Assembly (NCBI RefSeq): GCF_009914755.1
Contig: NC_060926.1
Reading direction: 5' to 3' (one strand)
Source: the human T2T-CHM13v2.0 reference genome, Homo sapiens
Length of the DNA: 64,000 nucleotides
Part shown: positions 41,840-53,654 of the stretch, piece by piece
How the letters are laid out: every line of letters starts with the position of its first letter
How positions within the stretch are numbered: position 1 is the stretch's first letter
Made by a program: the position numbers and the translations under genes
The notes under the pieces: model-generated
Told to the model about the DNA's origin: nothing
The model's input: only the letters and a program-made list of their open reading frames with translations
Databases searched by the model: none

Positions 41840-42480
41840 TGGCACTAGTGTTCAAACCCGAGAGACTCCATCTTGAATAGGGGCTGGGTAAAATGAGGCT
41901 GAGGCCTCTGGGCTGGGTTCCCAGGAGGTTAGGCATTCTAAGTCACAGGATGAGATAGGAGGTGAGCAGGACTGGTATCACAAGATACAAGTCACGAAGA
42001 CTCCGCTAATAAAACAGGATGCAATAAAGAAGCTGAAAAAAACCTGCCTAAACCAAGATGTCATCAAAGGTGACCTCTGGTCATCCTCACTGCTCACTAT
42101 ACACTAATTATAATGCATTAGCATGCTAAAAGACACTCCCACCAGCACCATGACAGTTTACAAATGCCATAGCATGTCCAGAAGCTACCCTATATGGTCT
42201 AAAAAGAAGAGAAACCGTTTGTTCTGGGAATTTCCCTCCCCTTTCCTGGGAAACTCATGAATAATCCACCCCTTGATTAGCATATTGTGAAGAAATAATC
42301 ATAAAAATAGTAAACCAGCAGCCCTTGGGGCTGCTGCGCTTATGGAGTAGTCATTTTATTCCTTTGCTTTAATAAACTTGCTTTCACTTGTTGACTCTGT
42401 GGACTCGCCCTGAATTATTTTTTGCATGAGATTCAAGAACCCTCTCTTGGGGTCTGGATTGGGACCTCTTTCTGTTAACA
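41840..42480 (+). mobile_element. Solo ERV1 LTR, MER41B
   Basis: actccatcttgaataggggctgggtaaaatgaggctgag...aatgcattagcatgctaaaagacactcccaccagcacc...cttggggtctggattgggacc...taaca. 4-bp TSD ATGA at 41836-41839 and 42481-42484. Confidence 0.92.
42222..42252 (+). promoter_or_regulatory. Tandem STAT motifs in MER41B: GAS TTC-N3-GAA (42222-42230) and TTC-N4-GAA (42243-42252)
   Basis: TTCTGGGAA and TTCCTGGGAA read directly from the sequence; activity not demonstrated. Confidence 0.55.
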
Positions 42481-42499
42481 ATGATATTTCCTATGTATG

Positions 42500-42600
42500 A
42501 ATGCTGGCATCCCTTTCAGATGAGAAAACTGGGCTTTGGGGAGGAAAAGTTACTCGGACAAAGTCACACAGCTAGCATGTGGCAAATAGTTATGATGACC
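42500..42600 (-). mobile_element. MIR fragment
   Basis: cagatgagaaaactgggct...aagtcacacagctag. Confidence 0.6.
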
Positions 42601-43454
42601 AGACCAGCCTTATGTGCCAAGTTTAAGATAAACCACCTTTGACAAGAATAAAAACTTCATCTTCTGGTACAGTAAGGAGTCAAAGGATGGAACTGAAAGA
42701 ACCAAAAATTCAAGTCAACTCTACAGTTCTAAGTAGAGAACTGTAGGGTACTCGGGGATAGATGATATTTTCACCTCTTTTATGTATGTGGAGTTTTCTA
42801 CTCCTAAATCTCTCAGTATAATGCTAGAAATTGTTTTCTTCCATCACATGGATTTCATGACCAGAATGACAGACTCATGAAAAGAATCCAGTTTGTTTCT
42901 CCAAATGAAAGACCTTGTTTTAGGGATGACTTGATCTGATACAGCAAAAGCAATATCTCAGTAGGATAATTTTTTTTAAAGGTGGCAATCAAGGCATGCT
43001 TATTTAAAAGAAAGTATACTACCCACATAGAAACAAGACTTGTAATAATTAGGGAACTATAATCTTCATAAGTCTACTGAAAGTTGAGATGCTCTGATAA
43101 ACTGAATTAACAAATGTTGGCAAATTCACATTTCAGAAAAAGAATGGAAATGTGGAAATAGAAATAGGAAAACTGTTGATCTGGATCTAATTCACATCAA
43201 TAAGAATAAATAGCATTCATAAAAGACAATTATTACATCACATCTTGAGATTTTTAGTAGAATACAAAATATACGTGCACAAAATCAAGTAATCGAGCTA
43301 TAGTTCACATATGTTTTAAAGCAGAGAAAGAATTTTTAAACATTATAAAGATATAATCTCATGACTGTCATTATCTGTTTATTGTACACCTAGTTTGTCC
43401 AAGAGTGTTGTAAAAATACTAGTTCAAACAAAATTACTAACAAATTTCAGGGTA

Positions 43455-43570
43455 CACATTATTTTCATCATTTTATAGAGAAAGAGTCCCAGACTCAGAG
43501 ATTATAGGGCATGTCCAAGTTTACAGGCATCAGAGCTAGGAATTCAACCTAGATCTAGATTACAAGCCTT
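43455..43570 (-). mobile_element. MIR fragment
   Basis: attttcatcattttatagag...gtccaagtttacag...cagagctaggaattcaacctagatct. Confidence 0.6.
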
Positions 43571-44687
43571 GCTTTTGGAATACAGTAGTAAATGAGCTTT
43601 TCAACCGAGAAAGTAGAATAAGAGAGATATTAAAAGTACTAAAGAATAAAATTTACATTATACAGTAACAAATAATTCCTGAAAAAAAGGGTAATTTGAC
43701 CAAAGCAAACACTCAAGCCCTGTGGCAATTCTGCCAATTATGAAATGGATTTTTTCATAATTGGAAAAAGGTGTAGATAAATGATTCCAGGATCCTGAAA
43801 AAAGACCAGACCCAGAATGAATCAAAGTTTGTGAAATACTAGAAACATTGTTCACATACATTTTGTTTTTGTTTTTTCTTTCATTAAGTAGGAGAAAGGG
43901 ATAGGTTCATTGTTTGAAGAAAAGGTACAGCGATGTATCATGGATAGAATACGGTATGATGACAAAATGAGCTTCAACTTTGTTTTAATATTCTCTTGCA
44001 AGAAGAATATAATGAAAGTTCAAAAAGGTAAAAAACATGATAAATAGAAAATTGAAATTCAAGGTAATTTGGATATAAACAGTTCCAACTTGTTTTAGTA
44101 TGCAGGCTCAGACAAAGGTTTATCAGGCTACTAAATGAATTTAAAAATGGAAAGCTAAAAATACAATTTAAACTTAAAAGTGATGAGAAAATATGGTAAA
44201 AAATGACAACATATTTTATTTCTAAGCATACAGAATTGGAAGACAGTAAAAAAGAGGGGCATTTTTTTTTTGGAAAAAGAAGATAAAGTGGCGACAATTC
44301 TTTTAAATGCCTGAAGGACAATTTTAGGGAAGAAAACGGTGTATTTTAAATGATTATCTCAGAAGAATGAAAATAACTGAGGTTTTTAGAAAGGAATATT
44401 TTATCAAAGGCTTTAGTCATAAAATTTCTGAAAATTTATATACTGAAATGATTATCCCTTGTGGAATTAGTCTGCATGTGTTTGATGTGGACTTATTCTT
44501 TTTTACTTTGTGTTCTAAGTAATTTCTACTTTTTTCCTCTGTGAACAAAACTCATGGGTTTTTTTTTAAATAGAATAATCAGGAAAGTAATGATTGACAA
44601 GTAACATTTAATTAAATATCTGGTTCAGTGTAGCAGCATTGAAGGAAATAAGTGGATATCTGGAGTGATTTCCTGGCAAAACAAATA

Positions 44688-44819
44688 AGTTTTGAGGTAT
44701 AATTGACAAAAAAATTGTGTATATTTAAGCTATTCAATATGATGATTTGATATACATATGTGTTGTGTAATGATTACCACAATTAAATTAATCAACACAT
44801 TTATCACCACACTGTTACC

Positions 44820-44861
<42 letters not shown>

Positions 44862-44980
44862 ATGGTGAGGAAACAAGATATACTCTTCTAGCAAATTTCA
44901 AATAAACAATGTATCATTAGTAACTATAGTCACCATTCTGTACACTAGATCTCTAGAATGTATTCATCGTATAGCTGACT
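44688..44980 (-). mobile_element. L1MA (MA8/9-like) 3' end
   Basis: tgaggtataattgacaaa...tgattaccacaattaaattaatcaacac...taactatagtcaccattctgtacactagatctctaga. Confidence 0.8.
44820..44857 (+). repeat. (GT)n microsatellite within L1MA
   Basis: gtgtgagtgtgtgt...gtgt. Confidence 0.95.
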
Positions 44981-45261
44981 CACTTTTTGGAATTAAAGAC
45001 AAAGGTATGTCCTTAAATATTTTTTCATCAAAAGAGAAATTCATACTGATCAGAGATGTAAATGAATAAGAAAAACAAAAAAATAGTTGTCAAAGAAAAT
45101 ATAAAACACTAATATGTATAGAAATACTTTTTATCAATGTGACTTTATCAAATCAATGCTATCTACATTTTGGATAACATTTAAAACAAAAATCAGCAGA
45201 TCACCAAGTGCAGGTGCTTTTTCTGATCTGTACCTATGTGTTTTTAAATAGTATTAATATA

Positions 45262-45572
45262 TTGGCTGAGCATGACTTATTTGAAATGCTTGGGGCCAGA
45301 AATATTTCTAATTTCAATTTTCCTTGGATTTTGGAGTATTTGCATATAGATAATAAGATATCTTGGAGATGGGTTCCAAGTCTAAACACAAATTCGCTTA
45401 TGTATCATATATACTTGATATATATACTCTGAATATAATTGTATACAATATTTTCAGTAATATACATTATCTATCACGTGAAGGCAGGTTTGGAATTTTT
45501 CACTAGAGGCATGTTGTTACTCAAAAAGTTTCCAATTTTAGAGCATTTCAGATTAGGGATGTTCAACCTGTA
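45262..45572 (+). mobile_element. Tigger4b/MER46-type MITE
   Basis: gaaatgcttggggccagaa...atcttggagatgggttccaagtctaaacac...cagattagggatgttcaacctgta. Confidence 0.85.
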
Positions 45573-46190
45573 TTATCATATTTTATTTTATGAAATATAA
45601 ATACTTATTTGCTTTCATTTAAAGTAGAATAGATTTATCTCTGATAAATTTTTTCATAATACCTTTATAAACCATAACCCTCCCCACCTTCACAATTATG
45701 ATTTTCCCCCTACATGTGATTATTTTGAAAATCCTCCTGATAAAGCCAGTGTGTAAGCAGTACTTACTCTCCACATCAAGTGAAGATCCCATGTTCAAAA
45801 TAGCTTTTTATTAGGAAATCTCTAAATATTTGTATTACAAGGTCTTTTTCTGAAGCAATTTAGTTTTCCACAGGAGAATACCCTAACCTCTTGTCTGGGA
45901 GATTAGGATGGTTGCCCCACTTCTAAAACCAAAGCATGGGGAAAAAGTCTGGGCGGTCTCAGCATTGACTTTCACAGGCCACATCTTTATCATTTTGAGG
46001 CTATTTTTTGTCAATTACTGGGCTGAGACGCCTGAGTGTAGGGCCTCTCTAATTTAAATTTTCTTGAGGATAAACCATGTTTCCTTCCTGACTTTTTAGG
46101 GTTAAGGCTAGAGGCATATCGCTGTTTGGGTCTAGGTATAATAGGTCTGAGGTACCCAATCCTTCCTGTTCTCAATTCTTCAGGCTTACT

Positions 46191-46268
46191 TTAGGTTGGT
46201 GCAAAAGTAATTGCAGTTTATCATTAAAAGAAATGGTAAAACCTGCAATTACTTTTGCACTAACATAA
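46191..46268. mobile_element. MADE1 (Hsmar1-derived ~80-bp palindromic MITE)
   Basis: ttaggttggtgcaaaagtaattgc...gcaattacttttgcactaacataa. Perfect 18-bp inverted core at 46199-46216 and 46243-46260. Confidence 0.92.
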
Positions 46269-46559
46269 TAATCCATTTACAAGAATATTAGCACGTAGTC
46301 TACTCCCTTCTGCTAAACCAATTATCCTAATTTATCTGAATTCAGTCTTCTAAGAAGTATTGAAATGATTGTTTGCTGAGGTTTTCATTTCCATTTTTTT
46401 GGTCTTCATTTATAGTCTTTTCAAGTAAGATTTGAGGAAAGATAGAAGATTAAAGTTTGTGGAACGTCAATTATTTTAAACGAAATGATTTAGATTTTCT
46501 AACCATGATGCTAAAGGCATATTCTGCAAAATGGAAGATTCACAGACCATATTTATAAG

Positions 46560-47450
46560 AAATGAAAACCATTTATAAAGGCTAAAAATCACCAATAAAG
46601 TCAAAATTAAGGAGACACATAAGGAAAAATAACTTATGAGATTAAAAAGTGTTGTCAACTACATAAATAAAAACATGAGTACAGGAATAGAACAAAAAGT
46701 AGGCAAAGTGTACTTGCAGGCAGTTCAAAGAAAAAAGTGACTAACATATGAAAGATGATTAGATAATCAATGAGAGCCAAATATATAGAATAGAATTTCA
46801 CAGTTACTTAACTGCCACAGTGACTAAGAAGAAAATGTTTGCCGGTCTCTAATCTAGATAGGGATATGAAGACATAGCCCCTCTCTTTTGCCAATGGAAG
46901 TGTAAATTGACTCAATGTACATGGAGAGTTAATTGGTACCATATATCAAAATCTAAAATGCCCTATAACACAGCAACTCATTTATATGAAGTATTCAGAT
47001 ATCTAGAAGAAAGCAAAACTGTATATATAAACTTATTTGCAGCATTCTGAAACGAATTAAGATGTACCTAAATACTAAGGAACATTATAAAATATAATTT
47101 GTCCACACAATCCATAAAATATAATAATCAGTAGTTGAGAAGAAAGTATAAGAGACACACACACACACACACAAATAGGGTAAAATATCTAGGATTTTTA
47201 AATTGTATTTAGCTACTTCATTTTGTCAAAATCTAGGATCCTTTACATGTAAAGTCATATTGTACATACTGTGCACCAACTTGTTCATGTAAAAGAATAT
47301 GTTGTTACACAGATGAATGCACTTAAAATTACTGGAATGATACCAAAAAATGTTATAGGTTTTGAAAGAAAGGACTGGAAGATAAAAGGTATGAGAGTAA
47401 GTTTTGTTTACACTATTATTTTATACTTTCTGTGATAATATGATTAGAAA
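46560..47450 (+). mobile_element. Highly decayed L1ME 3' region
   Basis: ggaagtgtaaattg...tggtaccatatatcaaaat...ataacacagcaactc. Confidence 0.5.
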
Positions 47451-47958
47451 ATGTACTTACAAATGACATTTGAAAGTTAATGGGAAAAGCATGCTATGTT
47501 TTGCTAAGAGAAACCTAAAAATCTATAATTATGAGCCCATTTTGTTTAAAACTTGGCATATAAAAGTACTAAAGACTTGGTGAATATGTGTATGTACATA
47601 AATATACAGAGAGAAACGTACAGATATTTGTCCTATGCATTTTTTCAAAAAAAGTATCTTGTTTGCTATATAAAGTAATACCATAAAACAAAAGAAAATT
47701 TAAAAATAGAAGAGGAGAGTTTGAAAAAGTGGTTTTCCTCTTAGTAAAATGCTGTACTTCTATAGGAAGCTGAAGTAAATAACTTCTAAAATGTGACTAG
47801 ACTGTAAATTGTTATGCTGTGTTTAATATTTTGTGTTTTTGTTTAGTGTAATTTGTAATACTTATGTCCATATTTTGAAATAAAATGGCCTTAGTTTGAA
47901 CCATAAGAAGTAGTGACTCTTTAACGCCAAATTATCAAAAATATACTCTAATAGCTTT

Positions 47959-48275
47959 TTGTGGTTGAAGTTTTTTTTTTTTTTTGTAAATTTTACTTTA
48001 AGTTCTGGGATACATGTGGTGAACGTGCAGGTTTGTTACATAGGTATACAAGTGCCATGGTGGTTTGCTGCACTATGAATTTGTCTTCTAGGTTTTAAGT
48101 CCTGCATGCATTAGGTATTTGTCCTAATGCTCTCCCTCCCATTTCCCTCCAGTCCTTAACAGGCTCCAGTGTGAGATGTTCCCCTCCCTGTGTTTTCATT
48201 ATTTAACTCCTATTTATGAGTGAGAACTTGTGGTGTTTCTTTTCATGTTCCTGTGTTTGCTGAGGATTACGGTTT
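47959..48275 (-). mobile_element. L1PA8-like 3' end, 5'-truncated
   Basis: ttttactttaagttctgggatacatgtg...tctaggttttaagtcctgcatgcattagg. Candidate TSD TACTCTA(A/G)TAG(C/T)TTT at 47944-47958 and 48276-48290. Confidence 0.85.
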
Positions 48276-48297
48276 TACTCTAGTAGTTTTAACTAGA

Positions 48298-49124
48298 TTT
48301 TTTTTTTAATTTCAACTTTTATTTTAAATAGAGGGTGCATGTGAGTAGATTTATTACCTGGGAATATTGTGCGATGCTGAGATTTGGAGTACAGATCCTA
48401 TCACCCTGATAGTTAGCATAGTACTGAATAGGTAATTTTTTTATAACTCCCGTTCCCTCCACTCCTCCACTGTCTTCTAATCCAGTGTCTACTGTTCCTT
48501 TATATGTCTATGTGTGCCCAATGCTTAACTCCTACTTATAACCCTATTAAAAATTAGAAAAGGACACGAACAGACACTTCTCAAAAGGAGACATACAAGT
48601 GGCTCACAAATGTGAAAAAAAAAAAATGCTCAGCATCACTAATCAGAGAAATGCAAACCAAAACCACAATGAGATATCATCTCACTCTAGTCAGAATGGC
48701 TAGTATTTAAAAGTCAAGCAACAAATGCTGGCAAGGCTGCAGAGAAGAAACAACGCTTATATATTGCTGGTGGAAATGTGAATTAGTTCAACCACTGTGG
48801 AAAGCAGTCTGGAGATTTCTCAAAGAACTTAAAACAGAGCTACCATTTGACTCAGCAATCCCATTACTGGGTGTGTACCCAAAAGAAAATAAAGCATTCC
48901 ACCAAAAAGACACATACACCATATGTTGATCGTTGCACTGTTCACAGTAGCAAAGACATGGAATCAACCAAGGTTCTTGTCAATGTTAGACTGGAAAAAG
49001 AAAATGTGGTTCATATATACCACGAAATACTACACAGCCATGAAAAGGAATAAAATCATGTCTTCTGCAGTAACATGAATGAAGCTTGGAGCTGTAATCC
49101 TAAGGAAATTAACACAGGAACAGA
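48298..49124 (-). mobile_element. L1PA15/16-like 3' end with 5' inversion (48298-48540 minus, 48541-49124 plus)
   Basis: Antisense 3'UTR and poly(T) abut a sense ORF2-end segment; the two pieces are near-adjacent in L1. Confidence 0.8.
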
Positions 49125-49199
49125 GCAACATTCCTTGAATTGCTACATCTCTTCAGATTCTCTCTCCTCTGAGACCCATTCCAAGTTCCTCTGATACTC

Positions 49200-49600
49200 A
49201 TACTATGGTACATCCAAAATTCCAAAATTGCCTTCACCGACTGCCTCAGTAGCCTCATCTTCTGCTCAGCATCACTGTAATGCTCCATCAGTACCACTGT
49301 TGGTGCACAAGGCACGGTTCTGCTTGGCACCCTCTGCCTTTGTTCAATGTTGCTGTGGCCTGAAATGCTTTCTCAAACCCTCTTACTCCCGTCCCCTCAC
49401 TCACCCTGTGTCTCAGGTGAGGTCCTTTTCCATATTCAAACTCTGCAAAGTTATCCCATTTGATACCACCCTCTCTTGCATCAGCCTACCTCTCGTGACT
49501 AGGTGGAAAGTTGATAACTGCCCTCTGACACCACTTCTTTTCAGTGTTGTACATTTCAAATGTTTGTTGACAAGTACATTTTTTCCAAGAATTTATTCTT
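49200..49600 (+). mobile_element. L2 fragment
   Basis: ctctgcctttgttcaatgttgctgtggcctgaaatgctttctc...ccttttccatattcaaactc. Confidence 0.5.
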
Positions 49601-49913
49601 ATTGAAATTAGAGCCTAAGTTTATTATTATATCCAAAGTTTTTTTTAGCATACTATTAGGTAAAAGCAGGTCTTTCTAAATATTAGCACATTTAATATAG
49701 TTATTATTTAGTATCCCATGTAAATAAGGCCATTAGCTCAAATATATTTTTCTATTTCCACAAATATACATTGTGCTTTTTTATAGTTTATTAGTTTATG
49801 TTTTCATTTGCTTGCCTGCAAATAAAAGAATCTCAATTGGAAATTATTAATGAGCAACTAAGACAACCTGGACTAAATGGAATATTAAATTCTAAAAAAG
49901 TCTGAGTATATAA

Positions 49914-50218
<305 letters not shown>

Positions 50219-51359
50219 TATAACACTTCTTTTGGTACTATCATTATGTTACTGTAGTCAACTTTAGCATGTTGGAACTATTTTCAATAATTTCTTTATA
50301 TTAGGTAAGAGTGTCTCTTAAAATGCTTCAGGTACTACCTGAAATTAAATGTGAGATATTAAATACAGTCCTTCTGGGAGATGAAGGCATTTTACTTAAT
50401 TTCTGTGCTGATCACACCAGGCAAATCTTTAACACACGGCAGAGGGAGAAGCATCCACAGAAAATATACTAAGGAAGTAATTAATTTTTTATTACAAGCA
50501 CTGTGACAAATGCACACACTATCAGGCCATACAGAATGCACACAAGAATGGAGGGTTGGGAGCCTACACTGCATGGAGACCCAGTAAGTACTGCCAGGCC
50601 ATGCACACTTCATACCTCAAAATGGAAAGAGAAGCTAAGAAACGGTTCTCTCCAGGCAGCAGTGGTAAAAACTATGAAGAAACTTACTGTCTTTCAATGA
50701 AAAGCTGAAGGGAGATGCACTAATTTTTTTCCCTAAAAGAAAAAATTTAACTCTGCCAGCAATGATTTGCTTGCACTTAAAGGGTCCCAGAAGTGTTGAG
50801 ATCCTTTATCTGCATCTATTCAAAAGCAGATAAATTAAAATGAGATAGCTCAAGTACACTGTAATGACACAGCTTCAAAGTCTGTCTTGAATAACTTGAC
50901 TAGTCAGTAGTAAACCAGATTTAATGCAAATGAGAAATTATTTCCTCACCAAAGCTGGAGCATAATTATCCTGAATTGGTGAAAGAAAACAAATCAATTG
51001 ATTTTGAATCTTAGAATTTACTCACGAGTAATTTTTCTCATTACAAAATAGATATAATGTGTTGAATGTTGACTACATTCTGGCCACTTTATTTCTGTTT
51101 TGTTTAAACATCCATTCCTCAGTTGTAGCAATTACCACTTAGTATATTGTTTAATATCTATGGTTTGTATTATATTTCTTATATCTCTCTCCAAATGTTG
51201 TGACATCCGAGAGGGCAGGTAATATTACCCATTTACCCTAGAGATAGGTGATGTATATTTTATGACCATTGAAATCTGCATATTGAGATTCTGCCTGGGC
51301 CAATAGGTATAGCAAGTAAATGGCTAATAAAATTAAGTCCAAGAAGCACTAATTGTTTA

Positions 51360-52746
51360 AATTTTGCCAAGTTTTAATTAGCACAGTTCAGTTAGATAAA
51401 ACCAGTCTCCTACCTTCACAATTCAAATCTTAGTTATCAAGGTATATTCACTGCAAACAATTGCAAAAAGTGCAAAGTTTTCTGATAGCTCTTCAGTCCA
51501 CAAATACCTAAATAACAGTTAAGAATTATAATCAAAGACCAATCACTTCTTTCAAAGTCTGTTGGTTTTGAGCCCTCTACATCTGTTACTCAGTTTGCAT
51601 ACAGAAAGCAAATCATACAATTGTGTTGTCTCCTTGTTTCCTAGTTATAAATTCATATGCCATCTTACAAAAATCAAAATAGGCTAAGAAAAATGAAAAT
51701 GCAGGAAAGATAAGGGTGATAATATAGTGACTGAAATTTTAATCAAAAAAATGCAGTTATAGAAGCAATAGCTAACTGTGGAAACATTGACATTGCTGCT
51801 TTAGATATGTAGCTAGAAGAACTTACTGAAGGCTACTTTTTCAGCATAAATGAAGTGGATGTGTCAAAGAATGAAGATGTCCCAGAAGAAATGACACTAG
51901 CAAACAACAACAAAACAAAAACAACTTCACATTTTTAAAAGTCTTGAAAATATATCATAACATTGGAAGCACAAACAATAAAATGTTAGAAGCTGATCCT
52001 AATATAAGAAGCATGCTGGGTCAAACGGTATTTCTAGTTCTAGAACCTTGAGAAAGCACCACAATGTCTTCCACAATGGTTGTGGTTTCCACAAGACAAC
52101 CATTGTGTCTTCCACAATGGTTTCCACTCCCACCAACAGTGTAAAAGCGTTCCTATTTCTCCACATCCTCTCCAGCATCTATTGTTTACTGACTTTTAAA
52201 TGATCGCCATTCTAACTGGCGTGAGATGGTGTCGGTATCTCATTGGAGATGAGATGGTTTTGATTTGCATTTCTCTAATGACCAGTGACCTACTTAACAA
52301 ACCTGCACGTTGTGCACATATACCCCAGAACTTGAAGTATTAAAAAAAATCCCTGGGAAATTATTCAAGCATAAAAAAATTGAAAATAAAAAAAAGAAGC
52401 ATGCTGATTCACCAAGGCATAGAAAAGGTGCTCACTCCATTGCAGATGTCGTAAAATGAGAAGGAAGGCAATCATTTTTCAAATTATTCTTGATTTTTCA
52501 AATAACTACTTTATTTTTCATTTCTTATATTTTAAATTACAGTATTCTAAATAAACTAGTTTTACTATTTTTAAAAATCTCCGTATGTATTTACCACTGA
52601 CAGTATAGAGTTTTTGATGTTTTGGCAAATTTTTTTAAGGTCATGGAACAATCATAGTTTTTCCATTGGCTATGATCAATTTGCACAGGTTAATTTGTAT
52701 GGGCATGTTTATGATCTGGCACTACCATAGAAGTGAGAACTGCCTG
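51360..52746 (+). mobile_element. Tigger6-like DNA transposon, interrupted by L1PA
   Basis: tagctcttcagtccacaaat...gaccaatcacttctttcaaagtctgt...gaagctgatcc | caaggcatagaaaag...gagaactgcctg. Confidence 0.7.
52019..52393 (+). mobile_element. Short L1PA (PA6-8-like) insertion with 5' inversion and extended tail
   Basis: 52019-52288 antisense L1 ORF2 end, 52289-52349 sense 3' terminus plus A8. Perfect 13-bp TSD AAGAAGCATGCTG at 52006-52018 and 52394-52406. Confidence 0.9.
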
Positions 52747-53654
52747 CACATGTTATCATTATCACTCTTCACAACAATCATTTTTTAAATGTGCTAGACC
52801 ATAAAAATTAGACAGCAAATATCTATAGTGCTGTCAATGAACTACTAATAATAGTTTATAAGATTGGAAGAACATAGAGTTTCATATTTCAAAGTGACAT
52901 TTCTGGTCATATACAACTACAAGGCAGGAGAATTCTTTGAATGGCATTTCTGAAAAAAATATTTATATGTATATATTCATTATATTGCTACACATTTAAT
53001 TCAGATACACATCATTGTAATTTTTCTAGTTGTTTTAAATTTGCATTATGAACGAGTTTGGTCAATCAACTACAACACTTTCTAGCAGCCACATAGTAAA
53101 AACGTCCTGGCTGTGAACTTTTCAGAGATTCCGTGATCTCTTGATCATATCATCCTGTTATGTTCTAGTTCCCCACCACCTCCAGCACTGTTCCCATCTT
53201 CTCTACAACCAGTCTGTAAATCAATGTTCCTCAAACTGAGATCAAGATCTTTACTTCTAATCGTGCCCATATAATTCCTGCAGCAGCATTTCCCTATAAA
53301 TAGCTTCAAATGCATGAAGTTACAGAAGCTTCCTCATGTATACTCTCCCATTTCACATTCTAATAGCAGTGGATAGATAGCTATGACTTTGGAATCTATA
53401 CCTAACCAAATATTTGGAAAGGAGGTCAAGTCTAACATTTAAAATCATTAGGGCAAGAATTCTAATTGGAAAGAGAAAAGCAACATTTCATTTATTCATT
53501 CAAGTCTGAAGTTTAAACCAAGAAAATGAAGAAAGTTAAAAATAAAGCAAGGTCAGTTCAATATGAGGAGAGAAAAAGAATATGAGATGGTCATAATTTG
53601 TCTCTTTGTCTAATATACCACCACCAAGAGCAATGATCAAAAGATCAGCAGCAG

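Noticed and set aside
43974-44321. 115-aa minus-strand ORF
   Set aside because: F/L/S-rich product of T-rich low-complexity DNA.
49228-49605. 125-aa ORF
   Set aside because: Lies in decayed L2-like sequence, non-ATG start, no recognisable domain.
51650-52500. Functional Tigger transposase
   Set aside because: Internally deleted, decayed and interrupted by L1; no ORF.
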